In this document: positions 1-9,777 of the stretch, piece after piece
Layout of the letters: the number at the start of each line of letters is the position of its first letter
Numbering within the stretch: the stretch's first letter is position 1
Source: Candidatus Woesearchaeota archaeon
Lineage (GTDB): Archaea; Nanobdellota; Nanobdellia; Woesearchaeales; UBA583
Direction of reading: 5' to 3'
Assembly: GCA_965205335.1 (NCBI GenBank)
Contig: OZ242164.1
Span: 864,001 to 928,000 of the forward strand
Length of the DNA: 64,000 nucleotides
The notes under the pieces: model-generated
Told to the model about the DNA's origin: nothing
Seen by the model: the letters and a program-made list of their open reading frames with translations, nothing else
The model's database searches: none
Position numbers and translations under genes: made by a program

Positions 1-1
1 A

Positions 2-949
2 TCAAGCAGTCAAAGGACAACTACTTGATTTTTTAAATTGCTCCAAATTTCCCCAATTTTTCTTTTTATAATTCCATGTGGTAAATTTCAGCCGTATATC
101 AATGTGTATGAACTCGGCTTCCTTGTTCACTCCCATACCTTTAAAACCATATTTGCGAGCAGAACATATAAATGCTTTCATTTTTTCATAACTCCACCCC
201 CTGGTACTGATATCAACCGCTGTTCCTCTTAAATGTTCGGAATTCCTGGCATCCGACACATCATCGTTATGTTTGGGGGATCTATAGGCACTGTTGATGA
301 TAAGTGGTTTATTCAAACCAATGTCTTGGTGCACTGCTTTAAGTTTGGACCATACAATATCTCTGACTCCCTCATACCTCTTTCCGGGTCTTTCATCAGT
401 GTAACAACCTCTATTGCAGTTGCAACTCACCACACATTCGCTTAATTTTATCATGCCTCCTCTCTCTATCTCATCCTTTATTTTCTCTTTATTTGTATTC
501 GTCTTATCCTCATCCTTCCTATCCTCATCTGTCCTGTCCCCATCAGTCCTATCTTTATCCGCCCTATTCTCATTTAATAAATTCTTGAACTTCTCATGTA
601 ATTTACCACCGCAACCTAAATTTTCTTTCTTTTCATTATCTATATCAGAACTATCACATTGCTTAAAATACTTTTCCCACATTTCCCATCTCTTAAAATC
701 TTTCTCCTCACAACTCTTCTCTAAAAGCATATCCTTAGTACATCTTTCAATATTACACAACTTATCTGTTCTCTCGCACTTCTCAATTGCCAAAGCTTGG
801 GAAGGAGTTAAAATAACATTAGGAGAATCCTGAAAGAACTTACCAACAACTAAAATTATAACTAAAATAACCACTCCTATAATGATTAGTTCTATAACCT
901 TTTGAAGGGACAACTCAACAGCTTTTTTATTACCTATTGGGCTTCTCAT
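2..949 (-). CDS. Class III signal peptide (pilin-like) protein with C-terminal peptidase M15A (YcbK/D-Ala-D-Ala peptidase-like) domain
   Basis: N-term NKKA|VELSLQKVIELIIIGVVILVII; C-term SAYRSPKHN, SEHLRGTAVD and FIHID (H/D/H Zn ligands); Cys-rich and DxDRT low-complexity linker. Confidence 0.85.
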   Translation of the reverse strand: MRSPIGNKKAVELSLQKVIELIIIGVVILVIILVVGKFFQDSPNVILTPSQALAIEKCERTDKLCNIERCTKDMLLEKSCEEKDFKRWEMWEKYFKQCDSSDIDNEKKENLGCGGKLHEKFKNLLNENRADKDRTDGDRTDEDRKDEDKTNTNKEKIKDEIERGGMIKLSECVVSCNCNRGCYTDERPGKRYEGVRDIVWSKLKAVHQDIGLNKPLIINSAYRSPKHNDDVSDARNSEHLRGTAVDISTRGWSYEKMKAFICSARKYGFKGMGVNKEAEFIHIDIRLKFTTWNYKKKNWGNLEQFKKSSSCPLTA

Positions 950-957
950 CTTAAACT

Positions 958-2439
958 CTATCCCTTAATCACTTCAAAAGAATGGAAATATCTTCTAATC
1001 TTCCCGTGGATTTTAGCTTCAATTTCCAAATCAGGAATCTTAATATCTCCTAAAATACCTTTCTTATTCACAAGTGCAAACCCAATAATTCTTGAATCAT
1101 TCTTTTCAAACCTCTTAAAATTCCAGACTAATTTGAACTGATTTCTCCCCTTCATAACATGATTTGGTTCAGTTAATAAAAAAGAATTATCCCTAATCTG
1201 AAGATACCCAGGCATTCTAAAAATAATCTTCAACAAATCAATCTCGGATTCCTTTATATTTTCAAACCCAATTTTAACCTTCATACTTTTAACACCCTCA
1301 TGCTCAACTTTCTCAACTTCATAAATATCAGTTTCAACATCTAAAGGATTTGATGATTTTCTAATATACCAATAAGTTGCAACACATAAAACAATTAAAA
1401 CCAAAAGATAAAGTGTCAGATAATTAACTGAATAAGTTATAGATTTAGTCTCCCCTTTTTCCAGAGGAATGTTAAATTTTATTCCCTTGTCTGTTTTTTC
1501 ATAATTATCCGAACCTGATGATGAAAATAAGAATCTTTCAAAAAACCCAAGTTTTACATCCCTAACATAAGTATCAAAAACATTACCATTATTTGTTACA
1601 GTAATCATAACCTCATCTTCAAGAAAATTTGATTTAGGTTCAACAACTTCATTTATTTGCCTAATTTCTACAACATTTATTAAACTATTCGCAAACCATT
1701 CTTGAGCAGTGTTTGTATTATTCTCTGTGTGTCTAATAATAACTCTCGCCTCGTACTCCTTTGGATCAATCTTAGGAGATATTTCTGCCTGATAAACTTT
1801 ATAATTTAAAGATTTTGAAAAAGTATCATCAAAGTTCGCAATCTCATGTTCACCTAATTCTACTCTTACATTAACTGAAATTTCCTCTCCCATATTTTTT
1901 ACTTCAATAGTATAATCCAAAGGAGATGCAGGGGACACATCACTTACTGCAAATCTTGGATTAAAAATTATTGGAACAGAATTAGGTTTCTCGATTTTAA
2001 CACGGAACTTCACTAAAACTTCTTCATTTTTTCCTACTACCTTAATAGGAAGATCAAATTCCCCATTATACTCATTATCCTGAGAAATAATTATCTCCTC
2101 AGGGGAAATAACATCAGTACTGTAATCAAACTCTGAATTAGCACTATAACTAAAAGTAATCAGCTTTTTTTTGTTAATTCCTAAATTGAATGTTTTATAA
2201 TTTACTTCAGTATCCCATCCTTTCTGATCAAAAATTACAACTTCAAAGTTCTGAGAAGAATCCAAATTATTATTAACTTCAAGTGCGAATTCTCCATTAA
2301 TATCATCATTAAATACAATACTTTCCTGAGTTTCAATTACTACAGAAAAATCTCCATTTTCATTCAAAGTTATAGCAAAAGCACTACAAATGCCAAATAA
2401 AATCACAAAAAATGTAATAATAAAGGATTTAAAAATCAT
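958..2439 (-). CDS. Exported/membrane-anchored beta-rich protein (signal peptide, Ig-like repeats, one internal TM helix)
   Basis: Start moved to ATG 2439 (MIFKSF..SAFA), preceded by a GGGGAG SD inside the tfb 3' end; TM YLTLYLLVLIVLCVATYWY. Confidence 0.65.
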   Translation of the reverse strand: MIFKSFIITFFVILFGICSAFAITLNENGDFSVVIETQESIVFNDDINGEFALEVNNNLDSSQNFEVVIFDQKGWDTEVNYKTFNLGINKKKLITFSYSANSEFDYSTDVISPEEIIISQDNEYNGEFDLPIKVVGKNEEVLVKFRVKIEKPNSVPIIFNPRFAVSDVSPASPLDYTIEVKNMGEEISVNVRVELGEHEIANFDDTFSKSLNYKVYQAEISPKIDPKEYEARVIIRHTENNTNTAQEWFANSLINVVEIRQINEVVEPKSNFLEDEVMITVTNNGNVFDTYVRDVKLGFFERFLFSSSGSDNYEKTDKGIKFNIPLEKGETKSITYSVNYLTLYLLVLIVLCVATYWYIRKSSNPLDVETDIYEVEKVEHEGVKSMKVKIGFENIKESEIDLLKIIFRMPGYLQIRDNSFLLTEPNHVMKGRNQFKLVWNFKRFEKNDSRIIGFALVNKKGILGDIKIPDLEIEAKIHGKIRRYFHSFEVIKG

Positions 2440-3382
2440 TTTCTCCCCCTTCCTCTTCTTTTGATTTAGCTTTAATTTTTTTAATCTCATCTTCTAAATT
2501 TAATTTAGAAATTATTTCTTTATATCTGTTTCGTATAGTAACCTCCGTAACTCCTGAAACATCTGAAATATCTCTTTGGGTTTTCCTCTCTCCTTCAAGT
2601 AAGCCTGCGATGTATAAAGCCGCTGCTGCAATTCCTATAGGACCACGGCCAGAAGTTAATTCAAGAGATAAAGCCTTTGATAGAATCTCAACAGCTCTTG
2701 ACTGGGTTCCAGCCCCATAATTTAGAACAGATGCAAATCTTGATATGTAATCTACCGGATTTGAAGGCAAAATCTTAATTCTAAGTTCTCTTGTAATATA
2801 ACGATAAGACCTTCCGATTTCTTTTTTATCAATTCCGGATGCTTCCGCGATCTCATCTAATGTTCTGGGGATATTTTGTCTTCTGCATGCTGCATATACC
2901 ACACCTGCTACAACAGATTCAATACTTCTCCCCCTAACTAAGTTTTTCTGAACAGCTTCAGTATACACCTTTCCTGCTTCCTCTTCAATTGAGGATGGTA
3001 GATTCAGAAAAGATGATAACCTCCTAAGTTCTCCTAATGCAATTTTAAGATTCTTTTCCATAACTGTTGAAAGTCTCTTCTGCCACCTCTTTAATCTCTG
3101 AAGCTTATATCTTTGTTTCTTATCCAGAGAAAAAGCATCTGATTCAGAACCAATTGCAGTTCCCATACCCAAATCAAACTTAGTATATGATGTAGGTGCA
3201 CCAGACCTTCTCATCTCGGAATCATCACTTTCTTCAAAATCCCTCCATTCCTTTCCAAGCGAAATATTCTTTCCATCAATTAGAAGCCCACAACTTCTGC
3301 ATATTATTTCTCCCTTATCCTTGTTGTTGTAAAGATTAGAACTTGCACACTCAGGACATTTTTTAATATTATCTCCACTCAT
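2429..3382 (-). CDS. tfb: Transcription initiation factor IIB
   Basis: Zn ribbon CPECxS..GEIICRSCG, EWRDF B-reader, two cyclin repeats, GVTEVTIRNRYKE. Confidence 0.98.
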   Translation of the reverse strand: MSGDNIKKCPECASSNLYNNKDKGEIICRSCGLLIDGKNISLGKEWRDFEESDDSEMRRSGAPTSYTKFDLGMGTAIGSESDAFSLDKKQRYKLQRLKRWQKRLSTVMEKNLKIALGELRRLSSFLNLPSSIEEEAGKVYTEAVQKNLVRGRSIESVVAGVVYAACRRQNIPRTLDEIAEASGIDKKEIGRSYRYITRELRIKILPSNPVDYISRFASVLNYGAGTQSRAVEILSKALSLELTSGRGPIGIAAAALYIAGLLEGERKTQRDISDVSGVTEVTIRNRYKEIISKLNLEDEIKKIKAKSKEEEGGENDF

Positions 3383-3748
3383 TTGTTATAAACTGTAATC
3401 TTTTAAAAAATATTCAAAATTCAATTCTATTACCACAAAGTTTTTAAAGTTTACTAAAAACAAATGGTTTTCAATTTATAATACTCTGTAATTACTATTA
3501 GTGCTAATTATATGAATTAAAGACTATTACTCAAAATATTTATGCATGAATTCTGACCACCATAATCAAATAAAAAATGAAAAGAAACATAAGAATATAT
3601 AGTCAGAGTTTCTATCTAATGATGTACTAAATTCTTTCTTTAAAGCCATATTTCAATGGAGAAATAAAATTACAAGTAAATCAATTTAGAAAAGTCCTCA
3701 TCCCAATAATTTTTTAAACTATTATTTCTTTCCTTTTATGAAGTTGTA

Positions 3749-4288
3749 ATGAGTGATGTGCCAGACATAGACAGATTTTTCTTAGAAAAAGACAGAATTG
3801 CAGTTTTTATAGGGCGTAATGGTTCTTGGAAAAAAAAATTTGAAGAGACTTTTAACTGCAAAATAAACATTAATTCAGATAATGGCGAAGTAATAGTTGA
3901 AAGCAACAACCCAACATCTCGGTTTGTATTATCTAATATTATTCACGCAATAAACTATGGACATAACCCTCAGAGTGCAATAAAACTTGAAGACGAAAAC
4001 TATGTCTTAGACGTAATTGACATAAAAACTATGGTTCGCGATCACAACAGATTAAACACAATTATAGGAAGAATCATTGGAAAAAATGGTTCAACAAGAA
4101 AGTTAATTGAAGACATAACAAAATGCAACGTTAGTGTCTATAATAACTATGTAAGTATTATTGGACCTTATGAGAACACTACACTTGTACATGAAGCATT
4201 GGAAATGTTAATCAATGGAGCATCACACAAATCCTTTTATTTGTTCTTAGAAAGAAACAGGGTGAAAATGGACACAGGACTGCTATGA
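3749..4288 (+). CDS. KH-domain pre-rRNA processing protein (Dim2/Pno1 family)
   Basis: Two KH GxxG loops (FIGRNGS, GRIIGKNGSTRK) and LINGASHK motif. Confidence 0.9.
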   Translation: MSDVPDIDRFFLEKDRIAVFIGRNGSWKKKFEETFNCKININSDNGEVIVESNNPTSRFVLSNIIHAINYGHNPQSAIKLEDENYVLDVIDIKTMVRDHNRLNTIIGRIIGKNGSTRKLIEDITKCNVSVYNNYVSIIGPYENTTLVHEALEMLINGASHKSFYLFLERNRVKMDTGLL

Positions 4289-4389
4289 ACTGCTCTCATT
4301 TATTCAAACACAGAAAAAATTTCTAATTCATCAATTCATAATATCAAGTAGTAACGAAAACATTAAATCATATTTCATTAGAAAATACT

Positions 4390-6825
4390 ATGGATGAACA
4401 AACATTAAGAACCAAAGAAGTTTTTATAGAAAGCGAGCTAAAAGAAGCCTATCTATCATATGCTATGAGTGTAATAATAGGACGTGCTCTGCCTGATGTG
4501 TGTGATGGGCTAAAACCAGTTCACAGAAGAATAATCTATGCAATGCAGGATTTAGGAAACACATTTAACAAACCTCATAAAAAATCTGCAAGAATTGTTG
4601 GAGAAGTAATAGGTAAATATCACCCTCACGGAGACTCCTCAGTTTATGATGCAATGGTAAGACTTGCTCAGGACTGGAATATGCGATACACCCTTGTAAA
4701 CGGACAGGGAAACTTTGGAAGCATTGATGGTGATAATCCTGCGGCTATGCGTTACACTGAAGCTAAAATGTCTAAAATTACAGAAAAATTCTTATTAGAC
4801 ATTGAAAAAGAAACAGTTGAGTGGAGACCAAACTTTGATGACTCACTAAAAGAGCCAGTTGTTCTTCCAACCCGAATCCCTGCCCTTTTAGTTAATGGTT
4901 CTTCGGGAATTGCTGTGGGTATGGCAACAAACATTCCTCCTCATAACCTAAGAGAAATATTAGATGCTGCAATTGATACTATTGATAACCCAGAGCAATC
5001 AGTTGAAGAATTAGTTAGAAAAAACCTCGTAAAAGGTCCTGATTTTCCAACAGGAGCATTAATGCTAAACTCTCCTCAGATTCAGGAAATATATATAAAT
5101 GGAGAAGGTGCTGTTACAATGAAAGCCATCTGTGACATAGAAGAAACAAATAAAGGACGTGAAATAATAGTAATTCATGCAATACCTTACCAATTAAACA
5201 AAGTAAACCTAATTAACCAAATGGTTGAAAATGTAAGAACTGGCAGAATAAAAGACATAACAGACATAAGAGATGAATCAAACAAAAAAGGCATAAGAGT
5301 TGTAATTGAGATAAAAAAGGATTCAGACCCTAATATAATCCTAAACCAATTATACAAATTTACAAATCTTCAGATGAATTTCAATGCAAGACTCTTAGCT
5401 ATCGTTAAAGGAGTTCCAACTATTCTAAACCTGAAATCATATCTTATGAACTTTATCAATTTTAGAAAAGAAATCATAGTAAGAAGAACTAAATTTGAAC
5501 TTAAAAAATCCCAAGAAAGACTGCACATCTTAGAAGGATTAACAATTGCGCTTGATGATATTGATGATGTAATCACTCTTATTAAAAGTTCCAGATCAGG
5601 AGTTGAAGCAAAAGAAGGTTTAATGGGCAGATACAACTTATCAGAAATCCAATCTCAGGCAATCTTGGATATGAGATTACAAAAACTAACAGGACTTGAA
5701 ATGGATAAAATAAGACTTGAATACAAAGAAATCCAAGAACAAATCAAAAGATTAAATTTCATCTTAGATAACGATTCCGAGCAATACAAAATAATCAAAT
5801 TTGAATTTGAAGAAATAAAAGAACAATTTGGTGACGAAAGAAAAACTAAAATAGTTGCAGATGAGGGGACTATGAGCATTGAAGACTTGATTAAAGATGA
5901 AGATTTTGTTGTAATGATTACTCAAAATGATTACATTAAAAAAGTTCCTCTTGAAGAATACAGATCTCAAAAAAGAGGAGGAAAAGGAGTTAATGCAAAC
6001 TTTAAAGGGGAAGATACGATTAAAAACTTATTTGTCTCAAATTCAAAAGATAACATCTTAATATTTACAAATGATGGAAACATAAACTGGATGAAAGCTT
6101 ATGAAGTTCCAACAGTTAAAACTACTATGAAAGGGCGTCCAATTGTAAACTACATTGATTTAAGAGGAAAAAAAATTACAAACATTATTAATGTATCAAA
6201 TCTGCAGGAAGGATATTTAATATTTTTAACAAAGAAAGGAATTATAAAGAAAACTGAAATGAAGAATTTCTGCAGGCCAAGGGCAGGAGGAATTAAAGCA
6301 ATCAATCTTGATGAAGGGGATACTGTTCTATCAGTAATCTATACAAAGGATGTATCACAGGATTTAATAATTCAGTCAAACGTTGGCATGGCAATTCGGT
6401 TCAGGCAGAATGATTTATCCGTTCTTGGAAGAACAGCAAGAGGGGTTAAATCTATGAATTTAAGAAATAATGAGGAAGTTGTAGGTATTGAATTAGCTCA
6501 GGCGGGAAAAACTCTTTTAACCGTCACAAGAAAAGGATTTGGAAAAAGAACTCTATTATCTGAATATCCAACCATTAAAAGAGCAGGACGCGGGGTAATT
6601 GACATTAAAACAGATGAGAGAAACGGAGAAGTTGTCCGGATGAATGCTGTTGGTGAAGATGATGAGATTTTAATTATTACAAAAAAGAAAATTGTACGAA
6701 CACATGTATCTGATTTTAGAATTATCGGAAGAAATACAAAAGGTGTAAAAGTTGTAAACCTTGAAGATGATGATGAGATTCTAAGTGTTGAAAAAATCAC
6801 TAATGAAGATAACAGTGAGGATTAA
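4390..6825 (+). CDS. gyrA: DNA gyrase subunit A
   Basis: [23 protein letters not shown] active-site Tyr, GyrA-box QKRGGKG, pinwheel repeats. Confidence 0.98.
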   Translation: MDEQTLRTKEVFIESELKEAYLSYAMSVIIGRALPDVCDGLKPVHRRIIYAMQDLGNTFNKPHKKSARIVGEVIGKYHPHGDSSVYDAMVRLAQDWNMRYTLVNGQGNFGSIDGDNPAAMRYTEAKMSKITEKFLLDIEKETVEWRPNFDDSLKEPVVLPTRIPALLVNGSSGIAVGMATNIPPHNLREILDAAIDTIDNPEQSVEELVRKNLVKGPDFPTGALMLNSPQIQEIYINGEGAVTMKAICDIEETNKGREIIVIHAIPYQLNKVNLINQMVENVRTGRIKDITDIRDESNKKGIRVVIEIKKDSDPNIILNQLYKFTNLQMNFNARLLAIVKGVPTILNLKSYLMNFINFRKEIIVRRTKFELKKSQERLHILEGLTIALDDIDDVITLIKSSRSGVEAKEGLMGRYNLSEIQSQAILDMRLQKLTGLEMDKIRLEYKEIQEQIKRLNFILDNDSEQYKIIKFEFEEIKEQFGDERKTKIVADEGTMSIEDLIKDEDFVVMITQNDYIKKVPLEEYRSQKRGGKGVNANFKGEDTIKNLFVSNSKDNILIFTNDGNINWMKAYEVPTVKTTMKGRPIVNYIDLRGKKITNIINVSNLQEGYLIFLTKKGIIKKTEMKNFCRPRAGGIKAINLDEGDTVLSVIYTKDVSQDLIIQSNVGMAIRFRQNDLSVLGRTARGVKSMNLRNNEEVVGIELAQAGKTLLTVTRKGFGKRTLLSEYPTIKRAGRGVIDIKTDERNGEVVRMNAVGEDDEILIITKKKIVRTHVSDFRIIGRNTKGVKVVNLEDDDEILSVEKITNEDNSED

Positions 6826-6904
6826 TTTCATATTTATATCTTTATCTTTCATTTATAAGATGCTATTTTAAGAATATACTTATTAATTGAAGAATTTTAA
6901 TCCT

Positions 6905-7405
6905 TTATAGTTTCTTATTTCTTGGCTGTTCTCTTATTGCTGGTTTCTTTGAGAATTTATTGTCTAATTTACCTGATAAAAATTCCTCAATAATCTTAGT
7001 TAAAATCCCAATAAACTCCTCTTTTCCCTTTTCATATTCTTCACGGGTTACAAATTCTATAGGATTCCATAAATCAATATATTTCTCAAGTTTTGCAACC
7101 TCATCTCTTGTTGTCATAATCTTTAATTGCTTTGAAACTCTCAAGTTAAACTCCTTAATTGAATTAATATTCTCTCTTAGACTTAATATATCTGCTCTTA
7201 AGGATTTAATATCCGATGCAATTTTTTTAAAATTTGATATAGAATTATGATCAAGCAGTTCAATCTTTTCATCTGCTAAATCAATCTTTGATTCTAAATC
7301 CTTTTGTCTCTGGGTTACTGATAACAGGGCTTTTGAGTGAGTATCAACTTTATCATAGAATGCTTCCTTATTCTTGTCATCACCGCCAAATATATTTGTA
7401 GGCAT
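6905..7405 (-). CDS. Hypothetical coiled-coil protein (resembles a conserved DPANN family)
   Basis: Heptad-rich sequence; KLEKYIDLWNPIEFVTREE motif. Confidence 0.6.
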   Translation of the reverse strand: MPTNIFGGDDKNKEAFYDKVDTHSKALLSVTQRQKDLESKIDLADEKIELLDHNSISNFKKIASDIKSLRADILSLRENINSIKEFNLRVSKQLKIMTTRDEVAKLEKYIDLWNPIEFVTREEYEKGKEEFIGILTKIIEEFLSGKLDNKFSKKPAIREQPRNKKL

Positions 7406-7539
7406 ATATCCAATCTATCTCTAAATACATTTTAAATATTATAGTTGTAACTATGGGATTAAAAATAAATGATGGAGAGTTACCTCTAAAAGTAGAATAC
7501 AAAATCTTAAAAAACCAAGAAATCAAAAGAGGGTAGATA

Positions 7540-8421
7540 ATGGCTTTTTTAGCAGATAGTTTTGATAGATTTGGAATAGACATAGCAGGATTTTTAAGTG
7601 ATGAGTATTTTGTTATTGGTTTATTGTTTATTGCATTTCTTCTTGGAACTTTTGCTATGTTTAAGGGTCTTTTAAGATTTTCATTCAAAAATTCTGGTCA
7701 GTTTCAGAAAAAAGAAATAAATGTTATTGCATTAATGCTATCAATTATTAGTTCTGCTGGGATTTTCTTTATTTTCAGAGATAGCCCTTCTACAATGATT
7801 TATCTCTTTGGGGGATTTGGTGGTTTGTTTATTGTAATGTTTTTGATAATCTTTTTGATGCATACAATGTATACATTTGCAGAACATTTTAAGGATGAAG
7901 ATGGTCTTTTGGGCAAGGGAGTTGGATGGATTTTCATAATGTCTTTAGGAGTTGTTCTTAGTAGTTATCTGCTTCTTGGATATTCAAATCAAGTTATAAA
8001 AGGACTTACGAACAGTGGTTTATTTAGCTGGATTTCTAATATAGTTGGTGTTGTTACTGAACTTGCATTACTTGCTGCAATTATTTTTGGTTTTATATGG
8101 CTTTTTAAAGGCAATGGTTCGGAAAATAATGATAGTAATGCACATCCCTCATCTGATAATGATTCAGGAGAAGGAATTTTTGGTATTTCAAAGAAGAAAC
8201 AGAAGAATAGAAAGGATGCTGGGGAGATTAAAGGTGTTATGGGGGATATGGTAAAAGGGATTCAAAGGGCAGACAGTGCATTTCGTGAAAAACAGGAAAA
8301 GTTGCAGGAATTAAGTAGAATGGTTCAAGCGCAAGCAGATAACTCTCTTCCTCAACAAAACGAGCAACAAGAAGGAAGTTCTCAAGGAGGTGAAAATAAT
8401 GGAAGTAATCAAAGTGGTTAG
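7540..8421 (+). CDS. Multi-pass membrane protein with charged C-terminal tail (paralog of 11805..12596)
   Basis: About 5 TM segments; FKNSGQFQKKEINVIALMLSIISSAGIFFI aligns with FKSHQKEANVISIMISLISTTGMFFI. Confidence 0.75.
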   Translation: MAFLADSFDRFGIDIAGFLSDEYFVIGLLFIAFLLGTFAMFKGLLRFSFKNSGQFQKKEINVIALMLSIISSAGIFFIFRDSPSTMIYLFGGFGGLFIVMFLIIFLMHTMYTFAEHFKDEDGLLGKGVGWIFIMSLGVVLSSYLLLGYSNQVIKGLTNSGLFSWISNIVGVVTELALLAAIIFGFIWLFKGNGSENNDSNAHPSSDNDSGEGIFGISKKKQKNRKDAGEIKGVMGDMVKGIQRADSAFREKQEKLQELSRMVQAQADNSLPQQNEQQEGSSQGGENNGSNQSG

Positions 8422-8448
8422 TTGTGAATTAGGAGGTGATTTTTGAAA

Positions 8449-9777
8449 ATGTCAAGACGAAGAAGAGATAATGTAAAACTTATTATTGTTCAGAGAATAA
8501 TCCAACTTAATGATACTCTTATAACTGAAGTTACAAGATGGATTAGACAGATTAATGATATAGATGAAATTTTAAAAAAAGATGAGAATTTGGAAATTGA
8601 AGAGAAGGATATGAGTATGAGTTTTGGAAGAAGGAATTTTTCCAAGAAATACAAAGATTTATTTAAATCAATTCAAATGTATGATAACGATTTAAAAAAG
8701 AGACTTAACAAACTAGAGGAATCATTAGAACGTGAAAATAAAGTACTTGCAAAAGTTTTATCAGAAGTTAGTGTTAGAGAAGTTACAATATCTGCAAGTC
8801 TTTTTACAAGCATTGTAGAACATAACAAAGAACAGGTTAGAATTTACACAGATTTGCATAGAAATTATTGGAATTCATTCTTTGGCAATATTCAACAAGT
8901 AGTTGGAGCTTTTGAAGAGGAGGTTTCAGAAGATTCACGTTTGTTTGTAGAGAAGTTTAGCCATTTGTGTGATGTACTTAGAAATGAACATAGAGAAGGA
9001 AAACCTAATGTTGAGGACTTGTTTCTTCATCTCATAGAATGTGTCGACATATTAAACAGATATATACCAGATAATAATTCAAAAGAAGTATTCATACAAG
9101 GTATTGAAGAGAAATCACATGCAAAAAAATTTGCAGATAATTATTTCAATAGTAGAAATGTTCGAAATCAAATCTTTTCAAATAAAAACAAAATTCATAA
9201 ATTGATTTTAAAGGCGAGAGATGGATTTAAGGCCGAAGGGATTGATAAAGATGGTAGAAAGAAAATTAAGAAATTTACAAATGATGTACTTAAAATCCTA
9301 TTTAGAGGGATTGAGGAATTTAAGGATAGGATTGATGATTTGGGAGGAAGTGATAGTAGTTCAAGTGAAGGGACAGGAAGTCTTACCCGAGAAGAGAAAC
9401 AGAAAATAAAAGAGGCATGGAATCAGATATATAGTCGGATACCTAGTGGAACATTTAATACAAGTGGTATTGTACCAGAAGATAAAGTTACCTTAAAATC
9501 TCATTTGATGAATCTAATGGACACATTATTTGGAGGAGAGGAGAAAATTAAGGAGAATAATGGAAGTTATAAGTGTGCACAGTTTTCAAAAGTATGTAAA
9601 GAAATTAGCTCATCAATAGAAGGTAGGGCTAAGCAAAGTAATGTATGGAATGATTTACTTGATTATGCAAAAAAGAATTATCTCAGTATCACCGATTGTA
9701 ATGATCAAAATGTCAATGAATTTCTCCAACGTTTACATTATGTAATATTAGATTTACAGAATCTTGAGAGGTTCTAA
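8449..9777 (+). CDS. Hypothetical alpha-helical/coiled-coil protein
   Basis: Long ORF; GGAGGTGA SD at 8432-8439; start TTG 8443 or ATG 8449. Confidence 0.7.
   Translation: MSRRRRDNVKLIIVQRIIQLNDTLITEVTRWIRQINDIDEILKKDENLEIEEKDMSMSFGRRNFSKKYKDLFKSIQMYDNDLKKRLNKLEESLERENKVLAKVLSEVSVREVTISASLFTSIVEHNKEQVRIYTDLHRNYWNSFFGNIQQVVGAFEEEVSEDSRLFVEKFSHLCDVLRNEHREGKPNVEDLFLHLIECVDILNRYIPDNNSKEVFIQGIEEKSHAKKFADNYFNSRNVRNQIFSNKNKIHKLILKARDGFKAEGIDKDGRKKIKKFTNDVLKILFRGIEEFKDRIDDLGGSDSSSSEGTGSLTREEKQKIKEAWNQIYSRIPSGTFNTSGIVPEDKVTLKSHLMNLMDTLFGGEEKIKENNGSYKCAQFSKVCKEISSSIEGRAKQSNVWNDLLDYAKKNYLSITDCNDQNVNEFLQRLHYVILDLQNLERF

Noticed and set aside
38-1141. Plus-strand ORFs 38..232, 233..445, 414..833, 902..1141
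   Set aside because: Antisense shadows of the M15A and membrane-protein genes; Ser/Leu/Phe-rich with no motifs.
3383-3748. 366-bp intergenic gap as possible ncRNA or origin
   Set aside because: Divergent promoter region, very AT-rich; no ORB-like repeats or stable structure seen.
4752-7688. Short ORFs antisense to gyrA and neighbours
   Set aside because: They overlap well-supported genes on the opposite strand.
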